Source of the DNA: Chiloscyllium plagiosum
Lineage: Eukaryota
Assembly (NCBI RefSeq): GCF_004010195.1
Contig: NC_057718.1
Coordinates: forward strand, 10,972,325-11,029,059
DNA length: 56,735 bases
Reading direction: 5' to 3'
In this document: piece by piece, positions 40,201-49,117 of the stretch
Layout: the number at the start of each line of letters is the position of its first letter
Numbering within the stretch: the stretch's first letter is position 1
Notes under the pieces: generated by a model
The model's input: the letters and a program-made list of their open reading frames with translations, nothing else
Database searches by the model: none
What the model was told of the DNA's origin: nothing
Program-made: the position numbers and the translations under genes

Positions 40201-43200
40201 AACTTGGGAGTAAGTCAACAGCTCATCCTCAAGGCTATGATGGGGAGTAGAAGAGAATTTGTTCAGTGCTTTGAAGCTGCTGAAACTTTCCAGCTTCTTT
40301 CCAGCTTGGCTGACAGTTGCTAATTGTACTCTTTACTCTCTCCTTTCCTGTCTCGATTTTGGTTTCAGCTGATTTTGACCAATAAATTGAAGCACTATCC
40401 CAGTATACATGGGGAATTCAGCAATGACTTCAAGCAGCCATGCGTGGTATTTACAGGCCATCCCTCCCTACGATATGGGGATGTTGTTCACTTCCTGGAG
40501 CTGTGGGGAAAATCCAGCCTAAACACCATCATTTTCACAGGTAACTGAACTATTCCCAGTTGAAAATGGAAGGAAGGATGAATGGTGTAGCGTTGGAAGG
40601 CACATTGTTAGTGGGCACATCATCTGTCTTTCCAGAGAAATGTTAAACCAAGGTCTTAGCTGACCCGTCGGCTGGGACATAAATGATCCTATGTGCAAAA
40701 AATATAGTACAGCTTCATTTTCCATCACAGGCACCATTTATCAAGTATGAGAAAATCTGCCTTTTAAATAAAGAAAACTTGTATTGCGAAAGGAATTTCG
40801 GATTAGCCATGATCCTATTGAATGGCAGAACAGGCTCAAGAGGCCAAACGGCCTACTCCTGCCCCTATTTCTTATGGTAATCAATTGCATCTGATTTCCT
40901 TCCAGAACCGGATTTCTCCTACCTTGATGCTTTGGCACCATACCAGCCACTGGCTATGAAATGTGTTTACTGCCCAATTGACACTCGATTAAACTTCATC
41001 CAAGTTTCAAAATTATTGAAGGAGGTTCAGGTATGATAGATAGCGGAAGGGGTCATTTTTGTCTTTTTGGTCAGGAGGGAGAAGATGACATGTGGGGAAT
41101 GTCATTGGGCTAGCAATCTGGTGGCCCAGGCTAATGCCCTGGGGACATGGTAACACATCCAATCACAGCAGCTGATGGAATTTAAATTAAATTAATAAAT
41201 CTGGAATATAAAGCCAGTCTCAATAGTGACCATAAAACTATTGTCGATTATCATAAAAGTCCATCTGGTTCGTGATTTTTAAAAAAAAAATTCATTCACA
41301 GAATATGGATGTCATTGGCCAGGCTAGTGTTTATTGTTCATCCCTAATTGCCCAAGAGGGCAGTTGAATGTCAACCACGTTGCTCTTGTTATAGAGTCAC
41401 ATGTAGGCCAGACTGGGTAAGGATGGCAGATTTCCTTCCCTAAAGGACTGTTGTGAACCTTATTGAAGAATGAAATTTGATATCCTTGTCCAGTCTGGTT
41501 TACATGATTCCTAACCCACAAGAATTTGGTTGACTATCCTCTGAAATGGGATGTAAGCGACTCATTTTCAGGGCAATTATAGATGGGCAACAAATGCGGC
41601 CCTTGCCAAATAAAATCTAAAATAAATTGTTGCCATTATATTTATTATCTTAATGTTTTGTAAATCGTGTGATGTAGCATATTAGACCAAAGATATCGCA
41701 CAATCTTCACGTGGAATGTTGTCTGATGAATTGTCAAATACGGAGTTACTTTCATTTTGCAAAATAGGCGCAGACAAAGTTAGCCAATCCGTGCTCCTCC
41801 GTTTCTGAAATGATCTTTAAAAGGAGTTTTACTTCCTTATTTTTTGTTTCCAGCATGCCCCTGGCTGATCTATGACTCTTTGCAAAAGCATCAATACCAT
41901 AAAGAATGAAGTCTGTGATTACAAATTTAGATATATTTTCTGAAACCATGTATTGTGAGGCGAGAGTCACTTAGCATTGCCTTACCTTGAGAGGAAATTT
42001 GCAGTGGCATTTTATCATGGTAGAACTTAGAGAAATGTGAAGATCAACCAGCCACAAAGGTGACCAGATGGCTTTTTTTTTTGTTCCCAAACCTATACTG
42101 TCAGTGCATGTCAGGATATGGGGTTAATCAGTGAAATATTGTTTAGCATTTTCACCCAAACCTGTCAACACTCCACATTTTGGTTTTCCAGCCATTGCAT
42201 GTTGTGTGTCCGGAACAATATACTCAACCTCCACCTGCCCAGTCGCACCGCACCGATCTGATGATTGACTGCCAGCCCCCGCCAATGGCCTACCGGAGGG
42301 CTGAAGTGCTGACCCTCCCCTTCAAAAGGCGCTATGAGAAGATTGAGCTCATGCCTGATGTAAGTGAGGGGCTTTTTTTATCTATTGGTGCAGTTATACT
42401 GATTCACTATGGAGGAGAAAGTGAGGTCTGCAGATGGGGATTCTGTTACAGGCCCGAAACGTCCTGAAGAAGGGCCTGTGCCCGAAACGTCGAATCTCCT
42501 GTTCCCTGGATGCTGCCTGACCTGCTGTGCTGTTCCAGCAATAAAGTTTCAACTACTGATTCACTATGTTTGTTTTACTTTTGATTCTCCTTCATCCCTC
42601 ACTCTCATTCCCTCAAACTTAACACTATTGTGAGGATGAGTTGGACTCTCCCTCAAACTTGTATTGAAAACTGACATCAGACAGGATCTGAGAACTTTGC
42701 TGGAAAACAGCGACGAAGATTAGAAAACCTAACACAATGGATGGACAAGAACTGTGCTGGGAGAGAAAAGACAGCCTCTTGCCACTGCAGATTTAAATGA
42801 TGTGTGGCACATTTTACTTTAGTACTTTGCAGGGAGGATGGGTTAAATGCTTGATTCCCAAGACACTACTTTGGGGAGTTTTTTTTTTCCAAGGTTTGCA
42901 CACTTAGAAAATAAATAATAGTCAGATGTGCTGTCCTTCAAAGTGGTACCATTTTCCCTCTTCTGTTCGACATAAAAGATCCCATGACACAATTTTGAAG
43001 AAGAGGAGGGGGATTTCTTCCCTCAATTTCGTGGCCAATATTTATCTCATAAACCAGCATGACTAAAATAGAAGGCCTGGTCATTATTGCTGTTATGACA
43101 GCTTGTTGTGTGTGCATCTTGCTTCCTGCATTTCTGATACAGCAGTGACTACACTTCATTCAAAACGTGAATGTACTTTGTTGGCCATAAAGCACTTGGA

Positions 43201-46200
43201 GACATCAAGTGCTTATGAAAGGCACCATATGAATCCAAGATTTGTCGTTCTTTCCCTGGTTTTAAGTCGGCTTCTACCATTATTGTTTTACAGCTTGCTG
43301 AGTCCCTGGTGCCTTCAGAGATAAAACCTGGCATCTCTATGGCGACCGTGTCTGCAGTACTTCAGACCAAAGACAATAAGCACATTCTACAGGTCAGTCA
43401 TGAAGTTGCACTAGCCTTGTAGACTTGGATTTATTTTCCACAATTTCACTTAACCTAGTTAAATAATTGATGCCAGTAGGGCTACATGCGGAAGCACCAC
43501 AGGATAGGATGTTGTCGGCTTTACCTCCCTCTATCTCTGTGTCCGGACCGGCCTGCCCTGCCCAAACCCCAGGCAGAAACCTTTGGCATGGTTAACTGCT
43601 CACGTAAGTGTTCACGTACATTTTCCATAGCTAGTACAGTTCAGGTGTACGTGAACGATTCCATGGCATAAAATAAGAGGAAGGAGTTCATCAGATGTTC
43701 TGGGCAACATTAGTTTTCATTCGGCATAATTAAAACAAGCGGTCTGAGCATTACTGCTGTGGGATCTTGCTGTGCTCAAGCATATTCAATGTTTCCATAC
43801 ATTACAGCAGTAATACTACAAAGAAAAAATCATTGACTTTCAAGTACATCGGACTTTCCTAACCTTGCAAAATGCAAGATTTTCTTTTGTGGGATGTGGG
43901 CATGTCTGGCTGGGTCACCATTTATTGTTCATCTCCTAACCATCTAGAGGCTGTTGCTGTGAGCCTAGTGTTGTGTATAGGCCAGTTCAAGTAAGGGTGA
44001 GCAGATTTTATTCTATGAAAATGCTAGTGAACCAGATGGACGACAATCAGCGGTGATTGCATGATTGCCATTCAGCCAGATTTTTATTGCAGACTTTGAA
44101 TTTAAATTTCACCATCTCCATCAAACCCATGTTCCCCAGAGCATTAGCCTTAGGTTCTGGAAGATGGGTCACCTATTTCAATGTTACCTATGCTTTCTCT
44201 GCACAGATGTTGCCAGTCGTGCTGAGTTCTCCAGTTTCTGTTTTTTTTCTGGATTACCAGTTCAGTGGTCTTACCACTGTACCATCACCTCTGACAATTG
44301 ATTCTCTTTCTTTCTACCTCCATCTCACTTCTTTCCATTAATCAGCATGTGTCTTTGGTGAATTATCAATAAAGCACTCAAAAATACAAGCCTGTCCACT
44401 GGCTAGTACACCCAGAAATCACATTTAAAGTCCATTTGATCCTGGAAGAAGGGTCACTGGACTCAAAACATGAGCTCTGCTTTCTTTCCACAGATGCTGC
44501 CAAACCTGCTAAGTTTCTCCAGCAATTTCTGTTTTTGGTTCTGAAGTGAAGCCACTTCACTTTGTGACTGATTTCTTCTTTCAGAGGATTGTATACTATA
44601 TACACTGTCCCTTAAAGCAGTGGAATAAAGTATTGAGTAACTCTTAGTTGCTTCATTATGTTTTTGTTAAATACATTGTGATATTCCAATCTTCTCCCTC
44701 GCAGTCACTCCCAAAGTCAATGCAGCCACAAACTGGCAAGAAGAGGAAGCGGGCAAACGATGATACTCCTGAATTCAAGCCTCCCAAACCACTACTGTGT
44801 GGATCGATCACCATTGAACAATTTGTACAGAGCCTAGAGAAGGTAAGTATCCATGATGCTTTCTGAAACAATTCTGCTATCCTGGGATATCCCAAATCCT
44901 CTGCTTCATCAGTGGTAGCCATGTCTTCAGCTGCCAAGGCCTGAAACTCTGGAATTCCTGCCCTAAGCCTTTCCACCTCTTCATTCTATCTTTAAAACAC
45001 TGCTTATGGCGCAGCTTCCCAAATGTTATCCTTGTGTGACTCCACTTTAAATACCTTCAGCTTTGTATGATGCCAAGGTATGATCCCAAAATTTGCTGTT
45101 GAGTGGGGGATAAGAAGGAAAGGCTTCACAGATGTTAAGGTAGAGATACATGCATTAAGAGAGTTCATGAAAAGTCAGGATTCCACAAAATAGAAAACCA
45201 CAGCTTTCTGGGGGTTAATGCCACTGGTCTAGTTATGCAGAGTCCAACGCTTTTGCTGTGGGGCCAACCACAACAGCTCGTGGAATTTGAATTCAGTTAA
45301 TAAAGACCTGAAATTGAAAGCCAGTCTTTGAAATGGTACCATTAAATTACATCACTTATGCTTTGGGGAAGGAAATCTGCCTCCCTTGCCTAGTGTGTGA
45401 CCTACCTGTATCTCCAGGCCCACAGCATTCAGTTGAGTCTTAACTGCCCTCTGAAATGTTCAAACCAGCCATTCAGGGAAGGACAACAAATGCTGGCCTT
45501 GTCAGTGAGGCTGATATCCCAAGAAAGACTATAAAATAAACGACGACTTAAAGGGACCTCTTAGCTGATAGAAATGAGTTTGAGCTGGTTGCACCCGGTG
45601 TTGTCTTGGAACTCGTGACCCTACTTGGGCTCATGAGCCACAATTTGGGAATTCTTGGTTTAACACTAACTTCAAGCTTTTTAATCACCTTTACTAATAT
45701 TCACTCATATGGCTTGGGTTTAAATTAGGCTGTTATGCATGTTGCTTTTAAGTGTTTTGGATCATTTCAGTTTATTAAAGAGGCTCTGTAATGCACCTTG
45801 TTGTTGAACCTCTTAGATGCACTGAATATATCAAAATTAAGTGATTGTGAAGTCAAGATGATGGTATCTTCAGAGGATAGTAACCCTGATACTTTGCAAT
45901 TGATAAATTGAATCATTGTGACTAAAGGAGTTGTATCTTTTTCACCCAAATGAGGTAAAACACCCTGCCTCCCCTCGCTTCTTATGAGTGTTGCACATAG
46001 AATTGTGAAAGTGGAGAATGAGGCGACTTAGCCCATTGTGTCTGCACCAGCTCTCTGCATGATCATCACAACTAAGTGTCAATCTCTTGCCTTTTCCCTG
46101 TAACCTGTCTTATTGTTTCTATTCAGATAATTACCCAATGTTCTCATGAATGCCTCGATTGAACCTTTCTCTACCACACTTCTAGCAGTGTGTTCAATTG

Positions 46201-47452
46201 TACCCAAACTACTCACTATCGTCACATTTTTGTTTCTTTTGCCAATTGCTTTTAATCTGTACCTTCCTTTTCTCAATCGTTTTATGACTGGGAACAGTTT
46301 CTCTCTATCTAGTGTGTCCAGAACCCTCATGATTTTGAGAATTTCTATCAAATCTCCTCTCAATCTTCTTTTTAAGGAAAACAGTCCCGACTTCTCCACC
46401 CTATCTTCATCTGAAATTTCTCATCTGGAACCATTCTTGTAAACCTCTTTTGCACTCTCTCTGATGTATTCACATCCTTCCTGAAGTGTGGTGCCCAGAA
46501 CTAGATACAGTATTCCACCTGAGGTCTAACTAGTGTTGTATACAAGTAATCCTTCAGATTAGAATTTTCCCCAGATGTCACCATATTATCTTTTAAGTAT
46601 TTTTAAAGTATCTACAAATATCAAAGATTCTTTTGACCATGCATATATACATTGTGGAGTCTCTCAAATACGTAAAATTCTCTGGTATGGCAAATGGTTG
46701 AGGGAGCACTCATTGTGATCATGCTATCTTTCTCCAGAGTCAGACTGTAAGATATAGGAGCAGAATTAGGTCATTCAGCCCATCGAGTCTGCTCCACCAT
46801 TTGATAGTAGCTGATGTGGTTCTCAACCTCATTTTCCCGATAATCCTTAATCCCCTTACTAATCAAGAATCTGTCTATCTCTGTCTTGAACTCAATGACT
46901 TGGCTTCCACAGCCCTCTGAGTTCCATTGATTCACCACCCTCTGGCTGAGGCGGATTATCAGAAGGAGCCACTTTCCTAGCTCTGATTATGATGTTCATT
47001 AGGTTCTGGAGTGAGCACAGCTTTTTTTTTGAGGTAATCTTTATTTTCTCATTGTTTCTCTCACCTTGTGAACACCAGTGAGTGATTTGGTCCTGAGGAA
47101 GCTAATGAGCAGAGAGGTTTTCAATCCATATTTCCACTCCTGTGACATAAGACAAAGATACTCCCAAAACAATGTGCCACATGTCTGTTGTTGTTTATAA
47201 GTAGCATTTTAGTTAAGAAGCAATTGGATGCACCCTTCCCTGCTGTCAGTAACTTGTCCTCTCATTTCTCTGCAGCATGGCATCACAGATGTCAAGGTTG
47301 AGGACACACCAGAGGGACACATTGTCCACCTTCAGTCTGAAGACACCTTAGTCCAAATTGAAGAAGATTCCACTCATATTATTTGCGACAACAATGAGCC
47401 ACTTCGCACCAAGCTCCGTGACTTAGTCCTCAAATTTCTACAAAAGCTGTGA
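13214..47452 (+). CDS. INTS9: Integrator complex subunit 9, complete spliced CDS of 17 exons: 13214-13222, 17314-17441, 20123-20183, 22031-22093, 23145-23284, 26453-26539, 28716-28836, 35699-35833, 36522-36633, 38707-38887, 39304-39364, 40369-40540, 40906-41030, 42192-42359, 43294-43392, 44705-44842, 47276-47452
   Basis: Manual splicing gives an uninterrupted 1977-nt frame (658 aa) [32 protein letters not shown]...[12 protein letters not shown]. It is recognisable throughout as vertebrate INTS9 (MBL/beta-CASP fold, [12 protein letters not shown]). All introns are GT-AG and the phases are consistent. Confidence 0.97.
13301..13456. mobile_element. Fold-back element (family B) in INTS9 intron 1
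   Basis: aaagttaaaaatcacacaacaccaggttatagtcca and its reverse complement. 13-bp TSD ttgttgtggaatg at 13288-13300 and 13457-13469. Confidence 0.8.
13639..14033. mobile_element. Nested fold-back elements: family B (13734-13942) inside a family A-like element
   Basis: Inner TSD ctgctcctca (13724-13733, 13943-13952). Outer TSD taccctctgc (13629-13638, 14034-14043). Confidence 0.78.
16128..16312. mobile_element. Penelope-like fold-back element (family C)
   Basis: Inverted arms gacaagcaggaggctggaagaacacagcaa / ttgctgtgttcttc. A sister copy lies at 55269-55460. Confidence 0.7.
17314..17441 (+). CDS. INTS9: INTS9 exon 2 ([42 protein letters not shown])
   Basis: Pyrimidine tract plus cag acceptor, AG|gtaagt donor, 128 nt. 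Confidence 0.97.
19780..19955. mobile_element. Older family B-like fold-back element
   Basis: gtccaacaggtttattt...caagctttcagagcattg / caatgctctgaaagcttg...ctgttggac. Degenerate TSD catgataa. Confidence 0.65.
20123..20183 (+). CDS. INTS9: INTS9 exon 3 ([21 protein letters not shown])
   Basis: ccccag acceptor, AAG|gtaaag donor, 61 nt. Confidence 0.95.
20410..20590 (-). mobile_element. HE1-type SINE, partial
   Basis: Tail plus caatttagcatggcc core. Confidence 0.75.
20915..21860 (-). mobile_element. Two adjacent CR1-clade 3' fragments
   Basis: ORFs with [36 protein letters not shown] and [22 protein letters not shown]. Confidence 0.78.
22031..22093 (+). CDS. INTS9: INTS9 exon 4 ([21 protein letters not shown])
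   Basis: ttctag acceptor, GAG|gtaaaa donor, 63 nt. Confidence 0.96.
22362..22578. mobile_element. Penelope-derived fold-back element (family A)
   Basis: Inverted arms of ~90 bp. Flanking repeat cttgactcaaact(a/g)tccatg at 22342-22361 and 22571-22590. Confidence 0.8.
23145..23284 (+). CDS. INTS9: INTS9 exon 5 ([46 protein letters not shown])
   Basis: ttacag acceptor, AG|gtaagc donor, 140 nt. Contains the degenerate MBL motif SNYHC. Confidence 0.97.
23987..24590 (-). mobile_element. Rex1/Babar-type LINE 3' fragment
   Basis: ORF 24214..24573: [15 protein letters not shown]...[22 protein letters not shown]...[14 protein letters not shown] and a (TTCAA)n tail on the minus strand. Confidence 0.8.
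25959..26292 (+). mobile_element. HE1-type (V-SINE) tRNA-derived SINE, near full length
   Basis: tRNA-like head (cagtggttagcactg...ccgggttcgattcc), V-domain tctgcgtgggtttcctccgggtgctccggtttc, CR1-like tail. Confidence 0.88.
26453..26539 (+). CDS. INTS9: INTS9 exon 6 ([28 protein letters not shown])
   Basis: cttaaag acceptor, AG|gttaaa donor, 87 nt. Confidence 0.95.
27267..27452. mobile_element. Penelope-derived fold-back element (family A)
   Basis: Near-perfect inverted arms. 15-bp TSD cactaagta(g/a)tcatg at 27252-27266 and 27453-27467. Confidence 0.82.
27748..27944. mobile_element. Penelope-derived fold-back element (family A)
   Basis: Inverted arms. Degenerate TSD cagtcccat...tga.tc on both sides. 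Confidence 0.78.
28716..28836 (+). CDS. INTS9: INTS9 exon 7 ([40 protein letters not shown])
   Basis: ttccag acceptor, ATA|gtaagt donor, 121 nt. Lies inside ORF 28507..28935. Confidence 0.96.
29030..29765 (+). mobile_element. tRNA-derived SINE interrupted by a fold-back element (29093-29300) and a CR1 tail (29395-29530)
   Basis: Head cagtggtaacatcactggact...atccaga and body gtgactccaggcccacagcaatatggttgactc are shared with 35875-36250 and 45215-45540. Confidence 0.65.
30430..33915 (+). mobile_element. Near full-length degenerate CR1 LINE (ORF1 Zn-finger/esterase remnants, ORF2 APE endonuclease and RT)
   Basis: ORF1-like ICSSCQVWE...YICKTC. APE motifs [20 protein letters not shown] and [16 protein letters not shown] motifs [13 protein letters not shown] and KFADDTK. 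C-terminus and 3' tail tctctatgactct. Many stops and frameshifts. Confidence 0.92.
34905..35650 (-). mobile_element. CR1 LINE 3' part, spanning an assembly gap
   Basis: ORF 34986..35627: [11 protein letters not shown]...[13 protein letters not shown]...[13 protein letters not shown]. Confidence 0.9.
35303..35506. other. Assembly gap (N run)
   Basis: Run of N inside a CR1 copy. Confidence 0.99.
35699..35833 (+). CDS. INTS9: INTS9 exon 8 ([45 protein letters not shown])
   Basis: atcag acceptor, CAG|gtaact donor, 135 nt. Confidence 0.97.
35875..36250 (+). mobile_element. tRNA-derived SINE (unnamed family; further copies near 41085-41615, 45215-45540, 55065-55480)
   Basis: Shared core aatccagaggcccag...atctggaattgaaagctagtctca...ctgccatccttacc...gacccacagcaatgtggttgact. 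Confidence 0.7.
36522..36633 (+). CDS. INTS9: INTS9 exon 9 ([37 protein letters not shown])
   Basis: tttcag acceptor, G|gtaaca donor, 112 nt. Confidence 0.97.
36745..37520 (-). mobile_element. CR1 LINE 3' part
   Basis: ORF 37221..37511: [15 protein letters not shown]...[37 protein letters not shown]. Confidence 0.88.
37690..38018 (-). mobile_element. HE1-type SINE, diverged
   Basis: Reverse complement of the head, V-domain and tail. Confidence 0.8.
38707..38887 (+). CDS. INTS9: INTS9 exon 10 ([59 protein letters not shown])
   Basis: cctcag acceptor, TG|gtgagt donor, 181 nt. Confidence 0.97.
39304..39364 (+). CDS. INTS9: INTS9 exon 11 ([20 protein letters not shown])
   Basis: cttaag acceptor, GAG|gtaatg donor, 61 nt. 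Confidence 0.96.
39419..39738 (+). mobile_element. HE1-type SINE, full length
   Basis: gcggcacggtggcacagtggttagcactgctgcctcacagcgcc head, V-domain, (taatc)n tail. Confidence 0.9.
40369..40540 (+). CDS. INTS9: INTS9 exon 12 ([57 protein letters not shown])
   Basis: tttcag acceptor, G|gtaact donor, 172 nt. Confidence 0.97.
40906..41030 (+). CDS. INTS9: INTS9 exon 13 ([41 protein letters not shown])
   Basis: ttccag acceptor, CAG|gtatga donor, 125 nt. Confidence 0.97.
42192..42359 (+). CDS. INTS9: INTS9 exon 14 ([56 protein letters not shown])
   Basis: ttccag acceptor, GAT|gtaagt donor, 168 nt. Confidence 0.97.
42412..42553. mobile_element. Penelope-derived element with a hammerhead-like core on +
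   Basis: Perfect 15-bp TSD tactgattcactatg at 42397-42411 and 42554-42568. CTGAAGA-AGGGCCTGTGCCC-GAAACGTC at 42464-42491. Confidence 0.8.
42940..43245 (+). mobile_element. DeuSINE (SacSINE1-like) fragment
   Basis: cataaaagatcccatgacac...gaagaagag.ggg...tggccaatatttatc core. Confidence 0.6.
43294..43392 (+). CDS. INTS9: INTS9 exon 15 ([33 protein letters not shown])
   Basis: ttacag acceptor, CAG|gtcagt donor, 99 nt. Confidence 0.96.
44705..44842 (+). CDS. INTS9: INTS9 exon 16 ([46 protein letters not shown])
   Basis: ctcgcag acceptor, AAG|gtaagt donor, 138 nt. Carries the basic NLS-like KKRKR. Confidence 0.96.
45995..46545 (-). mobile_element. CR1-clade LINE 3' fragment, old
   Basis: ORF 46079..46399: [21 protein letters not shown]...[10 protein letters not shown]. 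Confidence 0.8.
47276..47452 (+). CDS. INTS9: INTS9 exon 17, terminal coding part ([58 protein letters not shown])
   Basis: ctgcag acceptor, TGA stop at 47450-47452, 177 nt. Confidence 0.97.
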   Translation, partial: HGITDVKVEDTPEGHIVHLQSEDTLVQIEEDSTHIICDNNEPLRTKLRDLVLKFLQKL

Positions 47453-48254
47453 GAGTGGTTTTGACTTTTTTGTGACTATTTTTAGCAGCTTGTGCATTTT
47501 GGACTCGCTGACCGGAGCATAATATAAATGGTTGTTAAAGGATACTGTGCTCTGTCATAGGAGTAGGTCATTCAGCCCCTCAAGTCTGTTGTACCATTTA
47601 TTAAGATCATGGGTGTTCTATATCTTCATCTTGCTTATGTTACACTTAATAACCTCACCTATCAAAAATCTATCAAACTTAGTTTTGCAATTTTCAATCG
47701 ACTATCTAATCTCAATAGTCTTTGGAGAGTTCTCAATTTTAACCTCCAATGAACAATTTTCTGACATTACTCCTGAACAGCTAAGCTCATGTTTTAAGAC
47801 CGTGCTAACTTTGTTTTGGAATCAAGTACCAAAGGAAACATTTCCTTTTTCTTTTTTGCTTTCTCTGTTCCTCTTGCTCGTTTTCTGTCTCCCTCTCTGT
47901 CTCTCTGTCTCTCTCTCTCTTCAATACCAAAACCATTAATCATTGCAAGTATTGTGCGAGGTAATCTCAAATAGAGCAACCCTTGATCTCTATTCACGGA
48001 CACACATAAACAGACGCTGACAAAATGGCAAGTGTGAAGCTTGGAGCATTTAAAACCTTCACCTTGACATTCAGGCTAGATAAAAGCTTTGATCTCATTC
48101 CCTGACCACGCACATAGAGTTTGAAGTATTACGAGTGAAAGGGGAGGAGTTAATCAATTGATAGCATAATGCTGATGTTGGCTGTGACTGAGTTGGTAAC
48201 CCTTTTGATTGATTCAGAAAGTTGTGGAGTTTAATTCCCCCTGCAGAGACTACA

Positions 48255-48590
48255 GAAAAATGTAGACTGATGCTTCAGTGCTGTACTGAGTGAGTGCAGC
48301 ACTATCAGAAGGGCTGACCTTTTGATTAAACATTAAACCAAGACCCATCAGCCTTTTCAGGTGCACATAAAAAGTACAAGGACAGAGTTCAGAAAAAGAA
48401 CAGGGGAGTTCTTCCTGGTAATGAAACCAATACTTAATCGTCAATCAATAACAGTATTTGGACAGTTTCCATTTACTCGTCGTGGGAGCTTGTTCTGTGA
48501 AAATTAGCTGGTGACCATCAAAACTATTTGATTGACCGAAAACTTCTTTGAGCCATCCTGTGATGGTGAAAAGACCTATGTTCATGTCAC
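48255..48590 (+). mobile_element. DeuSINE-like element in the putative INTS9 3' UTR
   Basis: cagtgctgtactgagtgagtgcagcact.tcagaagg...cataaaag...gaacaggggagttc core. Confidence 0.6.
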
Positions 48591-49111
48591 TGAACTTCCA
48601 AGTCCTTGATGTGTGATAGATTCCGTAAAGGAGACTAATTGAGCATGACATTTCCACCACAAACCTGTTAAAAATGGTTTCCAGTTGATTTTCCAGGCAA
48701 CCCTATTTGCGATGTCTGTTTTGTGAAACCTTCAATGGAAATCATTTGGTGGGGGACTGTTTTTTTGCTCCTCACTGGTTTTCACATAGCATCCATTAGA
48801 AAAAAAAATCAATATTCCAGCAGAATCCGAAGTGTAAGATCTGGCATTGCTCTGGGTTTGTTTTCATCCAAGCCTCAAAGTGCTTTGCATATTGTATTGA
48901 TCACTGAATATTGGAGTGCATTACATCCATCAATCTAATAGGCATCAACACAAATGTAATTAGCAGGTGTCCTTTTTGACATTTCTGCATGTACTAATTG
49001 ATTGTTTTATGAGGATTTTTATATTTTGTTTCAAGTGTAAAAAATTGTTTTAAATGAAAATGTATATTTGTAACACCACTATCAGAAAACCAAGTAGGGA
49101 GGAATTGCGAG

Positions 49112-49117
49112 AATAAA
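49112..49117 (+). terminator. Candidate INTS9 polyadenylation signal AATAAA
   Basis: Canonical AATAAA ~1.66 kb after the stop, preceded by U-rich and UGUA-containing sequence (48990-49075). No transcript evidence. Confidence 0.45.
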
